Positions 21,901-31,624 of a DNA stretch of 64,000 bases are shown here, piece by piece. Position 1 is the first letter of the stretch. Each line of letters opens with the position of its first letter. Under the pieces are notes generated by a model. The model had not been told where the DNA came from. It made no database searches and saw nothing but the letters and a program-made list of their open reading frames with translations. Source of the DNA: Epithemia pelagica (Eukaryota > Protista > Bacillariophyta); assembly GCA_946965045.2 (NCBI GenBank), contig OX337237.1, forward strand, positions 2,666,001 through 2,730,000, in the 5' to 3' direction. The position numbers were made by a program, and so were the translations under genes.

Positions 21901-23304
21901 AGGAACAAGAAGGAGACCGACCAACAAGAACGACCCTCTCATCTACACCGGAAACATTGTCATGTGGAATCCATGACAACGTTTCAACCCACAGGAGAGG
22001 CCTTGTTGGAAAACATGAATCGTCAATATCATTGCGCCATTTTTCGACACGCGGTGGGGGCCGGTGTCTTTATTCTCAGCAAGAAACGGCTCATATCGCT
22101 ACTAACGGAACATCTCAGGAGTCACGTGTTGGTTTCCAAAGGCCGCTTCAAAGAACATTTCTTTTTACAGAAGCGGGGGATTCCTCAAGGAAGTATACTG
22201 TCGTCATTGCTGTGTAACCTGTACTATGGAAGCGTTGTGGAAAAGTCCTTGGGTCTATTGGGTTCTACAAGCTCTTCAGAAAACCGAGTTGCATCAGTTG
22301 CCGAAACGAGGACGGAAGAATTACCAAAGTTGGACGAAACCCAGACATCATCACCACCACACGCGTTGTTGGCTCGAATGGTGGATGACTTTCTGTTGAT
22401 TTCCCAACGGCGGCAAGAACTGCGCACGTTTCTTGAAACCATGCACCAGGGAAATGCCGAGTTGGGTGCCCAGATCAACCGAGAAAAGACCCAAGTGAGT
22501 GTGCACGTGACCTTGGAGGAAAAGGACGACCCTGGATCGGATACCAAGACGACCTTAACAACAAGGCGGTGTCTCAATCCAACAAAAACACGACGGTTCT
22601 TTCCATGGTGTGGCATGCTGTTTGACACTCGCACCGGCCACGTCCGTATTGACTATTCCCGCTTTCAGGGAGGCAAGGCACGGGACAGTCTGACGGTAGA
22701 CTACTCGTCAACCACACACCAAGGTGGTCTACCACACCAGTTACGGACGCAACTCCAAACCTTTGTACGTCCTCGGTGTCTTCCCATTCTCTTTGACCCG
22801 GTCATTAACGGTGAACTCGTTCCGAGTATCAATTTTTATCAACTCCTGTTCTTTGCCGCGGTCAAGTTGGTCTTTTACGTGCAAGACTTGGATCGCATGA
22901 CGCATCTAGGAGCGACGCACCCTTCTAGTACCACTAGTATGAAGACAAGGAGACATGTATTTTTGGTGGACTGCATCGATGCCACCATTGATTTTGCCTA
23001 TGCGCTGATTGTGTCTCGGTTGACCCAGCACCAGCAAGAGGAGCAAGGTCCAGGGAGACAACAACAACAACAACAGGAGCAAGTGTTGAATCTACCACGG
23101 AAGCGGGCTCAGTGGCTGGGATGGAAGGCCGTGCATGACGTTGTTCGACGGTGTCCCGATGGTTGGACGACTGTTTTGAAAGACGGTTGCTCTCAACGCA
23201 TGGCCCAATTGGAAACGACAACGGATTTTGGCCCATGGATTCCCCTCGTACGACAAGCACGACGGGAACTGGAACCATCCAAATTGTTGACCCTGTCGGA
23301 ATAA
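18919..23304 (+). CDS. TERT: Telomerase reverse transcriptase (single ORF, 1461 aa)
   Basis: TEN (NVLCQGY, WLGDNLL, YFQLTGPP), CP (ILEQYCP), QFP (QVVSFV...FPLECWGS), T (FHATE...YYRKPVW), motifs 1/2 (RLRLVPK, VRPI), A (SVDIQNCYD), B' (GIPQGSILSSLLCNLYY), C (RMVDDFL), D and E (FPWCG). Confidence 0.97.
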   Translation: MSGHRPPCASNKKSRIHEAGSVDSNHENSNTKDDPPAVVQQLALDPSTVWTLYDFVQVYAPQLVASLSKSHGTPEEATRRNMVPGTFQDKETNKMTTTSTTDPNRTLESIIHSTLVVPLESWPLDPVPVSNRQETEPQPEQESTKQPVQNKYKQKLTEKKQCEPLPSLVDHVVWTLVKRRERARQEQQQQQQQASNLPALHRHTHSRTVNKPSHHTHSNVLCQGYVSASSRQVEEEGGRSLCTMPAGVIWWQWNRHVEFLKTSSWGRLVHAWLGDNLLRALLLHTQLFLPIMERQDTSAFMTTTADMGQRRDMPETAPEMRGNYFQLTGPPLAVGVTPHMGQARTKEQEGIHNKKTKKRMRNRKRKRSTTKCDTSLRQRANDATATTPASLDFDTAASSKKRKVVSKEQPGQGATRTPTIVSKEDHPPLTTTMTAATNICRAQSTHPTRSILSLVGLSAQNQSVTAQNKRKRSDPESTRTSVIIASPEGTVRESTTETTSPSIRENGTTLEQPRNVGEEILWNKLMEKLMGSKSQGLHELPVVDKKPVPKQQCGHESALALCQSILRKHRKCDYIRILEQYCPLPEVLGHRKGCKSDKGRPKRARLTVDDLTRVSASFTPSHQVVSFVKSALTRVFPLECWGSEQNRTCVLHQVECFINLRRQEHFPFHNRNLLLHGIGITKIPWLFNRSDARRKNETQKFSHPPSRGRRKTSNRRKFIAKDHKAAEERFLSFLDFVFQDFVIHLLQSCFHATESEMYARRVLYYRKPVWSLFCTLSMEKLSSSSSSSSCQAGTKQCMYHALTWTEAAAKMSEHEMGISRLRLVPKRTGVRPIALQSTAARIQPLKRGCTVACLPEERPCPKTQKRKVEQQEKRRTELDAANEMLLERKSSTNDALNDTFAVIRKQYTNDPSLFGAGVAGLHFFYPRYRQFMLELRQSSPTKKGNKRLCFASVDIQNCYDQINQEKLLELVDQQLVRDRQYMVQRVAVTYCRQTRNKKETDQQERPSHLHRKHCHVESMTTFQPTGEALLENMNRQYHCAIFRHAVGAGVFILSKKRLISLLTEHLRSHVLVSKGRFKEHFFLQKRGIPQGSILSSLLCNLYYGSVVEKSLGLLGSTSSSENRVASVAETRTEELPKLDETQTSSPPHALLARMVDDFLLISQRRQELRTFLETMHQGNAELGAQINREKTQVSVHVTLEEKDDPGSDTKTTLTTRRCLNPTKTRRFFPWCGMLFDTRTGHVRIDYSRFQGGKARDSLTVDYSSTTHQGGLPHQLRTQLQTFVRPRCLPILFDPVINGELVPSINFYQLLFFAAVKLVFYVQDLDRMTHLGATHPSSTTSMKTRRHVFLVDCIDATIDFAYALIVSRLTQHQQEEQGPGRQQQQQQEQVLNLPRKRAQWLGWKAVHDVVRRCPDGWTTVLKDGCSQRMAQLETTTDFGPWIPLVRQARRELEPSKLLTLSE

Positions 23305-23475
23305 TCGACGGCCAGTAATGTATTCTATTATACTTTCGCGGCTCCCTCTCGGGATGCGGAATGGAAATCCGGCACACAAGTTCCTCACAGTTTTCCCTCT
23401 TCGAGAAATAGGTCGCATGTCCAAAGGGAAGGTTTGTTTCGTCCAAGCTTTCATGGGCTTTGAAATCTTAGGATT

Positions 23476-23560
23476 AGAACTTTTCGTCATGAAGGACTCC
23501 GCCAACGGTGTTTTCGTCGATGACTTCTGTGACGGCGCCCTTGACTTTGGCTGGGACTCT
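23476..23560 (+). pseudogene. Short Lhcf gene fragment
   Basis: gaacttttcgtcatgaaggactccgccaacggtg...gacggcgcccttgactttggctgggactc matches the reverse complement of 39250-39340 (ELFVMKDSANG...GALDFGWDS), with an internal deletion. Confidence 0.85.
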
Positions 23561-24059
23561 TTGACGTGCGATCAATCAAGAGTCCACGTGCAATACACTC
23601 TCGCACTCTGTGAAATGCAAGGATGTATAGGAACTAATGGAGACTATAGCCACGGAGATGGACTTAGGTGGGCTATCTCCACCGGAGTTCCGCAATTCTG
23701 ACGTATTGAGGCTTTCTGATTGGCTACGCTATCCGGATAGCTGCTTAGCGGAGCCAAAGCAAATATAGACGCCGCCATTACATGGGTGATGGTGATGGGT
23801 GTAGGAGTTTGCCTTATCTTGATTGGGTTAAAGAACGGGTTGGGGCATCAAACATCAATCAACGAGCGCAAACTGGTAGTTTGACGTTTGACGAACTGTA
23901 CAGCTCCGCAGATTCCACGTGGCAGTCCAACCTCATTTGCTCTCATTTCAGCGCAACTTTTTCTAATGCGTCCATCGTTTGGGTTTCCCTGTTCCTTGCT
24001 TCCTCTTGTAAGGTAGTGGTACCATTACATCTCTCTGCTAGGTGTATCATTGCTAAACC

Positions 24060-26228
24060 ATGTCGAAACGATCGTTTTCGGCGGAACCCAACGACGGGAT
24101 GGACGTGGAAGAAGAGAGTCCAGATTTGGAAGACAGTTGGTTTCTTCCCGATACGTCTGACCGTATGAGGCGTGTCATCAGAGCAGACTCTTTTAATGAT
24201 GATGATTTTCGGAACGAGTGCCAGAAATATTTGAAACTTGATTTGAAGTACTACCTTGATTCTCGAGAAAAAAGAGAGCACAAGGACTATGGTGCCTCTT
24301 CGACGAGCGTGATGGAAGCCTATGAAGTGGAAGAAACTGGTCGCCCCGAGTCGAAAGTAATGCATGACTTATTTAAGGAGAACGAGAATGGAAACAAATC
24401 GCTTGAAAGGTTGCGAGAAGAGTTATGTTGCATTGAGAATGACACCTCTAAGGCCCCCTTTCTTGCTGTGGTTCAGTCGAGCGGATACGGGAAAACACGG
24501 TTGCTCTTGGACCTCGCGAAGGAACGCTCTGTAGTGTATTTGCTTTGCTCCAACATTAGAGGCGGCTGGAGTACGCCCGAGGTTGTCCGGCTTTTTGTCG
24601 CAACGATGGCCAAGGCGCCAAGTACTGAATTGCGTCAAAAAGAGGCTGCTCGTTTTCTCGAAGCCGTTTCAAATGTGGCTTCGCGTTACGAATCGCATGA
24701 CAAATTATACCATGCTCAATTCAAAAACGGGAAGTTATATGCATTTTACTCTGCTCTCAGCAAGGAATATCAGAAAACAATTGACAGTGAAAGACGAGCG
24801 AGGAGCGAACCCGACTCCCGAAGGAATCGGATTGTTGTTGTATTCGACGAAGCCAAGATATTGGGAAGAGATGAAAAGGACGAGATTAGTTCTTCATACC
24901 GATGCATTCGTTCTATGCTCAATCCATGCAATATGATTGGAGTCTTTATTGACACTTCTGGTCAACTTGCTACGTTTACGCCTTCTGGAGCTACATCTGA
25001 CCGCGCTGCCAATCCAACCAGCGGCATTGGGACCCTTGTGAACCCGTTCTTTGAGATCGACTCATTTGACCTATTCGATGACCATTTGTTTTTCCTAGGC
25101 CGTCCACTTTGGAAGAGGAATTTTGAATCCCGACTCAACCAAGACTACGATGAGCTTGTGAGGTTTGCTGTGCATAAACTTGCTGGTGATCATGGGCAGG
25201 ACAACGATCGATTTCTGGCGCTTTTCCTTTGCCGATTCGGCCTTGACCCGACCTTCGAGTTGGCGGAACGGTTGATTGGAAGTCACATGGCGACCTTATT
25301 TGACATGACCGTAGATCGCAAGAACTTGGTGTCGGGATACAGATCTGAGCCAATCCTGGCGGAAGCTTCGGCATACCAAACTACTTCTAAGAATGGCTTC
25401 AGATCTCGCATGCTCAAAACTGTCAGACACTCATTGAACAATCGTGTTGTCCATTGTCACAAAGTTGACCGTGGCGAGGTAGCAGCGGCGGCTTGGATTG
25501 GGCTATCTTTGGATGACCTTCGCTGGAAAACAAATCCAAATGACGAATACTCGGCGGCGAAGGAGGGATTGTCTCGTGCCGTCCCAACCGTCGAATTCTT
25601 GAATGAACTAGGCTGCAACCTTGCAGACGATGTTGTAGAGGAGCTCCGTCATTGGTGGATCAACTCTACACATTTTTCCAGGCCAGCAGGTTCCCCTGAT
25701 CGCGGCATTCTGAAGACATGCTGGAAGCGACACGCCGGATTGTACATGACGAATGGCGAGGAAGGTATTGATCTACTAATGGTCATGAAACAGTGTAACG
25801 AAGACATTTATTCCAAGGTGAGAATTCAAGTGAAGAACTACAAGAGTATGATCACGGCGAATGCGCTCAAAGGTCTATTTGGGAAACTAGATGTTCAACG
25901 TTGTACCCCTGTGGCGACATTCGAAGAGGAGCCGTTTTCCATTGCAATCGTAGTCCAAGTTGGGAATGGTGGAATCGAGGCGTCGTCGATGATCCAAGAG
26001 TTAGGGCGACCCACACGGCGTACCGCTAGTACTTCTTGCAGCACCGCGCGGCAGCTCCAGATCGGGTGCCAGATTACGGGTCCCCACAAGGAAGATCTGC
26101 AAGGAATTGCCGGCGACGCGGTCGAGATCGTTGACTTTGTGGGTTCTTCGTTCATGTTTAGAAACAGAGAGTGGTATGGGTGGTCTGATGACGCTGTGTC
26201 AAACATGGTGCTTGAAGCAGGTTCATGA
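24060..26228 (+). CDS. P-loop NTPase fused to a C-terminal PD-(D/E)xK restriction-endonuclease-like domain (Crinkler-type NTPase+REase module)
   Basis: Walker A QSSGYGKT, Walker B VVVFDEA, GYRSEPILAEA, DRGEVAA, and the REase-like GIDLLMV...VRIQVKN. Intronless, 722 aa. Confidence 0.7.
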   Translation: MSKRSFSAEPNDGMDVEEESPDLEDSWFLPDTSDRMRRVIRADSFNDDDFRNECQKYLKLDLKYYLDSREKREHKDYGASSTSVMEAYEVEETGRPESKVMHDLFKENENGNKSLERLREELCCIENDTSKAPFLAVVQSSGYGKTRLLLDLAKERSVVYLLCSNIRGGWSTPEVVRLFVATMAKAPSTELRQKEAARFLEAVSNVASRYESHDKLYHAQFKNGKLYAFYSALSKEYQKTIDSERRARSEPDSRRNRIVVVFDEAKILGRDEKDEISSSYRCIRSMLNPCNMIGVFIDTSGQLATFTPSGATSDRAANPTSGIGTLVNPFFEIDSFDLFDDHLFFLGRPLWKRNFESRLNQDYDELVRFAVHKLAGDHGQDNDRFLALFLCRFGLDPTFELAERLIGSHMATLFDMTVDRKNLVSGYRSEPILAEASAYQTTSKNGFRSRMLKTVRHSLNNRVVHCHKVDRGEVAAAAWIGLSLDDLRWKTNPNDEYSAAKEGLSRAVPTVEFLNELGCNLADDVVEELRHWWINSTHFSRPAGSPDRGILKTCWKRHAGLYMTNGEEGIDLLMVMKQCNEDIYSKVRIQVKNYKSMITANALKGLFGKLDVQRCTPVATFEEEPFSIAIVVQVGNGGIEASSMIQELGRPTRRTASTSCSTARQLQIGCQITGPHKEDLQGIAGDAVEIVDFVGSSFMFRNREWYGWSDDAVSNMVLEAGS

Positions 26229-26679
26229 TGGCTGTGCAAGAATCTTCCGTCGGCCTCGAGGTTGTGGGCTCGTTAGTTTTCACCACTGATCCCATCTATT
26301 CACTGTTCTATTCCGAAGCCACAGTCTTGTCTTCGTCAAAGGCCTAACAGAACTTCGGACGCATGGATTAGCAAAGCCTGTGTCCCACGGGTCACCATAT
26401 CATTCAGTGTTTGTGTCGTCGAAGCAGCACCTTGACAGGTTTTCAGGTCTTTTCTTCCCTGTCTTACCCACACGTTGGACCCCTCTCCACTCTCCACTCC
26501 TTCTTGCGGCTGCACAACTCACTCGGTGCTTTCTGAATGCGATTCCAGTATTTGGTTCAGGAGCTTGACGAACGAGTTGTGGGAGAAAAACAAGCAAGTT
26601 GTTGCCCCAGCGAAACAAAACAACAATCCACTACCTCGTTTCTTACCACGAGTGACAGGCAGAAAGAAAAATTGGAGAC

Positions 26680-27122
26680 AATGACGACATACATCAACCA
26701 AACGGCACGGAACAGCGCCTCGGAGTATGGCCCAAACGATAAAATACGAACTCCTGTTCATGGGCTGTGCGGGAGGAGGTGTCGACGCACAAGTATTTTA
26801 GTGAGTGTTGGAGGTGTCGACGCACAAGTATTTAGGTGAGTGTCGGAAATATTGCGCCCGTTCATCAGTCCTCCATGAGCCAAGAAGGGAAGTACGAAAA
26901 CTGACTTTTGCTTTCCCATTTCTGCCCACCCCCTCTCCCACTGCTACTCCCACCGAAAAGCCCACGGTGACGCCTTCTCCATTGCCCACTTTTATGCCAA
27001 CGGTGGCGCCGACAGTGGCACACATCGCTGCCCCAACTGATGCGCCAACCCAAAAACCTTCGGGGTCATCGTCGCCTGGCCCAACGTTTGCGCCGACGGC
27101 TACACAGTTTCTCCGACCATGA
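26680..27122 (+). other. Thr/Pro-rich mucin-like gene fragment with a 35-bp tandem duplication at 26775-26844
   Basis: PTPSPTATPTEKPTVTPSP...APTQKPS repeats. ggaggtgtcgacgcacaagtattt occurs twice. No complete gene model is visible. Confidence 0.3.
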
Positions 27123-27552
27123 CGCCCCCTGCTAAACCATCTATGGCACCGTGGCATATGGGGCGGGGTCAAGGGAATTCTTGTTCGGAGCAGGATTATA
27201 GGAGTAGAAATAATATTAGAACTCTAGGAGTACGTGTGGAAACGCGGCGGATAGCAGGTACTACACTCCCGCGAGAAGTTTCATTTTGATATTAATAGAA
27301 TTATTTTGAATATGACACTGTACGCTCAGTATTCAACCTTATCCCTTTTGGACAAGGGTAAGGTGCACACAGTGTCGAAAGAAAAAACACAGTGTGTCGA
27401 GAGAATTCCCAATAGCTCAATCGTAACAACACGACAAGAAGATTACAAACCTGACACCCCCTACAAGGAGTTAAAGCCATTTCGTCATCTCTCTGCTGCT
27501 GCCACTTCATAGAACCGTACACAAGAGCAAGCCATTCCTCCAAGTCATAAGA

Positions 27553-29193
27553 ATGATGCGTCCAGTCTACCAGGAAGATGATTCTCAAACCGTACGTGAC
27601 ACGGAGGAACAACCACAATCAACTCAAGCACAAGCTACAACGACGACGACCACCACTACTACTACTACGACAAACCGTGAGAGTGTCACTTCACACAACG
27701 ATAAGAACCAGAACAAGAGCAACGACACGCAGGACGACTATCCAATTTTTCTCAATAGCGAAGAGGTGGAACAGGGTATTGCTACGGCTCTCCAATCATC
27801 TTCCAGTCATCGTCGCCATCGAATCACGAGTACTACCGTCATGGGAGCAGGAGAATTGAATCTTCACAATGCACGCCACTTGGTTTCCTTTTTGGAAGCG
27901 ACGCCTTCGATTCACGAATTGACCTTTACCTGTTCCCTTGCGGCTGCCGCTCATGGCGATGCTTCCTCTAATCCGAATAATAGGAGTGAAGGCAATTCTC
28001 CTGGTACTACGGCTGGAGACTGTTTGAGTGCCTATTTGCGTCGGACCGACAACTTGCAGTGTTTGACCTGTTGTGGGTCGCGACGATCGGAATTGGACGA
28101 TTCCTTACTGCTGTGTCTGAGTCGTGGCTTGCAAACCAATACTTCGCTCAAACACTTGTATTGTTCGGGATTTGGTTTTGGAACACAGACCGTCCAAGAC
28201 GAGTTTCATCGTCTCTTGATCCAAAAAACCAATTTTCGACGATTGTCGTTGGATTTTTGTGATTTGGAAGGTCGATCGAATCCGATCGCGAATTTGCTGC
28301 AACACAACAATCGAATGAGGAGACTGACGGGGGCTTTGGATGAACCCATGGGCCATGCCAATCGCCAGCAACCGCAACAGCATCGTGACCAGGAGTCCTT
28401 GCCCTTGCTGTCGTTTTTGACCGACGGTTTAAAAGTACAGACGCAATTGGAAGAATTGACCTTGACCTGTTGTAAATTAAGTGATGAGGGCATGGCCCAA
28501 ATCTTGCAAGCCTTGATCGAAATGGTGGACCATGGTCGTTCGTCGTCCCTCCAACCACCGAACAAGAACGACAACAACCAGACGACGACCAGTGGCTTGC
28601 GACTTGGCTTGTTTGAAAACCATTTGGAATCACAATCCTTGCAAGCATTGGAAACCTTGTTGTGTTTGCCCAATTGTCCTGTACACTCGTTGCATTTTCA
28701 CAAGAGTTTCTTTGTCTCGCCATCCGTTTCGTCGTCCACCGAAGGGACACCACTACAAGAACAACAACAGGAACAGCAACAACAATTGGTCCATCAACAG
28801 GTATTTGGTCGCATTTTGAAATGCACCAATACCTCCTTACAACGATTAGTAGTGGGCTTGGGAGATGGGGGAGAGTGGGATGTCGAATTGCAACGCTATT
28901 GTCGTCGCAACAAGAAATTGTCGCATGTCAAGGCCTTTTTGGCATCGTTTGCGGCATCGTCAACCGTGCGAGTACCGGACGATTCAAGACTACTAGAACC
29001 TTGCAACGAGAGCACGTCATCCTCCACAACCAAAACAAGAACAACTTTAAGGGGGGAAGGACTCTGGAGTCCGTTGCTTGGACACTTGGCGGGCTTGCAT
29101 CCAACCGAAGGAGCTTCGCCATTGTTTTTGGTATTGTCTCGGGGTGTTTTGGGTTTCCACCCCTGGACCCGAGTACCAACTCGGTCGTCGTAG
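27553..29193 (+). CDS. RNI-like leucine-rich repeat protein
   Basis: LQTNTSLKHLYC, LSLDFCDL, LEELTLTCCKLSDEG, LRLGLFENHL and NTSLQRL repeats, plus a C-terminal LWSPLL...SPLFLVL helix. Confidence 0.8.
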   Translation: MMRPVYQEDDSQTVRDTEEQPQSTQAQATTTTTTTTTTTTNRESVTSHNDKNQNKSNDTQDDYPIFLNSEEVEQGIATALQSSSSHRRHRITSTTVMGAGELNLHNARHLVSFLEATPSIHELTFTCSLAAAAHGDASSNPNNRSEGNSPGTTAGDCLSAYLRRTDNLQCLTCCGSRRSELDDSLLLCLSRGLQTNTSLKHLYCSGFGFGTQTVQDEFHRLLIQKTNFRRLSLDFCDLEGRSNPIANLLQHNNRMRRLTGALDEPMGHANRQQPQQHRDQESLPLLSFLTDGLKVQTQLEELTLTCCKLSDEGMAQILQALIEMVDHGRSSSLQPPNKNDNNQTTTSGLRLGLFENHLESQSLQALETLLCLPNCPVHSLHFHKSFFVSPSVSSSTEGTPLQEQQQEQQQQLVHQQVFGRILKCTNTSLQRLVVGLGDGGEWDVELQRYCRRNKKLSHVKAFLASFAASSTVRVPDDSRLLEPCNESTSSSTTKTRTTLRGEGLWSPLLGHLAGLHPTEGASPLFLVLSRGVLGFHPWTRVPTRSS

Positions 29194-29220
29194 TGCTGCA
29201 ATCGACACCTAACTATACAG

Positions 29221-29318
29221 ATATACATCCACTGCTGTTGCAATGGGAATTGAAGTTCAGACTCGAAACGATATACATCCACTGCTGTTGCAATGGGGAT
29301 TCAAGTTCAGACTCGAGA
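29221..29318. repeat. 50-bp tandem duplication
   Basis: atatacatccactgctgttgcaatggg.att.aagttcagactcga occurs twice with a few mismatches, just after the LRR stop codon. Confidence 0.9.
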
Positions 29319-29588
29319 CTTGCTTGTCAAAACAGCAACAGGAATACGTCGGTGACGAGAATGCGCGATGCATACATCAAGTAATCTATACTACCTGGTT
29401 TTCGTAGGAGGGCATATACATTCTTCATCTCACGCTTCGCTCTAGAAAAGTCGTCTCCCTCTGACATTTTTTCTACAAAACAGAGCAAGTTGTGCATAAC
29501 TATACTTTTACAGTCGTTCCAAGTACGATGTGTGTGGTGTGTGGAGTTTAGAGGAGCACTGCTCGTACGTTCGTTTTGGGTTCTCGAT

Positions 29589-31158
29589 TTAGGCTCCAGC
29601 TTGTGTATTGTAGGTGACGGCATATCGCACGTATTGTTCCGCCATTTCCACTGGAAAAAGCAAGAGATTCCAGGGTGCAGGCAAACTAAAGTTGGAACGG
29701 AATTGCGTATAAAATCCCAGGGCGGCAAAGCCATAGGACATGACCTCGTCCACGACGGAGGATTCATGATTGTCGGGAATGAGGCCAAACAAGTTGATTT
29801 TGTGGTCAATCATGATTTGGTACACCGCACGAGACATCATGAGACCACCCTTGAGCGCCGAGGCTGTGGCGGAAATAATGGATTGAATGTACCAGGCCAA
29901 GGACATGGCAATCATTTTGGTAATCCACGACAAGGTAATGGGAACCCACTTGTCATAGTCGTCCGGAATGATCCTTTGCAATAAGGGTGTAATGAATCTG
30001 TCGCCTGAAAAACAAACAAACAAGAAATCAGACGTGTGTCAGAACCATTCTCGTTTCACCCTGCAGTGACAAGGGAGATTCCGCTCATACGTACAGGGCT
30101 TGTGCAAAAAGTCGGCAATGGCCAAGGCCATGGAAATGGTCTTGGCAAATTTGACCGACAAGACGGCCACGACCGACATCCACACCTTGTACAAGGCGCC
30201 GAGAGCCTTGTCCACTTTTTCAGGATTCATTTTTTTGAGGACGAGCAAGGTTTTGCGTTGCAACAATTCCGTTTGGGAAATTTGATCGACATCGGGAATT
30301 CCATCGCCATCGTCATCCTTTTGATCATCCTTTTTGTTTTCTTCAATAATAATCAGGGCCTCGTCCCCCAAGGCACGCAAGGCTTCCAAAACGGTCTTGC
30401 GACCACTGTATTCGGCGGCCTATAGACAACAATTGCGAGTGTAGTAGTGAAAGAAGAACAGCATCATCCATTAGCAACAACAAGGAGCAGTATCAACATG
30501 GTTGAAGTATCAACATGGTTGACAAAATCAAACGACAAAAAATCAGTGAGACACTAGAGCGTGCGCCTCATTGTGTTTCGCAAGGTTTTCGTTTTGTACG
30601 AGTTCTGGCCACTCCATCCGTTCACCCGTCATCATCGTCATCATCATCGTCCTTCCATGGTTGGGACAATCGTTCACTCACCTGAATGGCAGCAAAGAGG
30701 ACTGGAAAGGTTCCTCCAAAAAAGCAAAAGACGAAACCATAAATGAGCAAAATGTAATTTTGAGGGAGTTTGTTCCAAAACTTGTTGGCGGTTTGCACCA
30801 AGGTAATGCTGCAAGGATCATTGTGAAACAAGGAGTCCGAAAAAGTTTATTTCACATGGACAGGATATTGGGCCATTGCAGGTTCCAGTCCGACCAGCAG
30901 AAAGGAGGAAAACAAGAGTAAGGACGTGAGACACTCTCTCCTTCTCTCGCAACGACTCGACCGACAGGGACACCCTAAAACAGGAGCGCACACACACACC
31001 ACAAAGCAACGACAACACGGCTTTTTTACCACGTACAAGCGAGGAATGAGAAACATGACGGCATTGAAAATGGGTTTGGCAGCACCTCGCAACGCCTTGG
31101 TCAAACCTTCAATCTGTTCGACTGTACTACTACTGGTGTCGGTTTTCTTGTTGCTCAT
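29589..31158 (-). CDS. Multi-exon conserved multi-pass membrane protein of unknown function
   Basis: Consecutive exons give KLPQNYILLIYGFVFCFFGGTFPVLFAAIQ|AAEYSGRK...DDDGDGIPDV...KPC|DRF...FGLIPDNHESSVVDE..., with GT-AG junctions near 30420 and 30005. The 5' exon boundaries are not fully resolved. Confidence 0.75.
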
Positions 31159-31624
31159 GGTGGAAACTCTCTCTCTATATATAGATCCAACAAACGAATG
31201 ATCCAGGAACGGTGTGATATGTCAAGATTCGTTGCGGCGAATGACACCTGAGAGAAACGACGATACGAATAGAGAATGGGATGAAGTGGTATCTTGTTCC
31301 GAAAAGAAAAGGCGAACGAGACTCGAAAAAATCTTGTCAAAGATCTCGAGCGCGACTCCCAGTCCCGCCACGGTCATGGAACAGAACACTAAACATGTTG
31401 TGTACCAATATCGAAAAAAGTGTACTAAAGAAGAATCTTTCGCCGTGACTGAACCCAGTCCCGCCAAAGTCAAGAAAGAACGACTATAGAGAAAGTTGTA
31501 AGTATATAGAGTAAAGTGTACACTAGATGGCCTCTTAGACCGTGACTGAGAAACCAGACTGGAATATGTGAGTATGGCACCAAGGATGGGAAAGCTGGGA
31601 CGATAGTCTTGACACACCCTCACA

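Noticed and set aside
23728-23741. 14-bp perfect palindrome GCTATCCGGATAGC upstream of the NTPase gene
   Set aside because: A few palindromes of this size are expected by chance in 64 kb, and no matching terminal repeat was found downstream.
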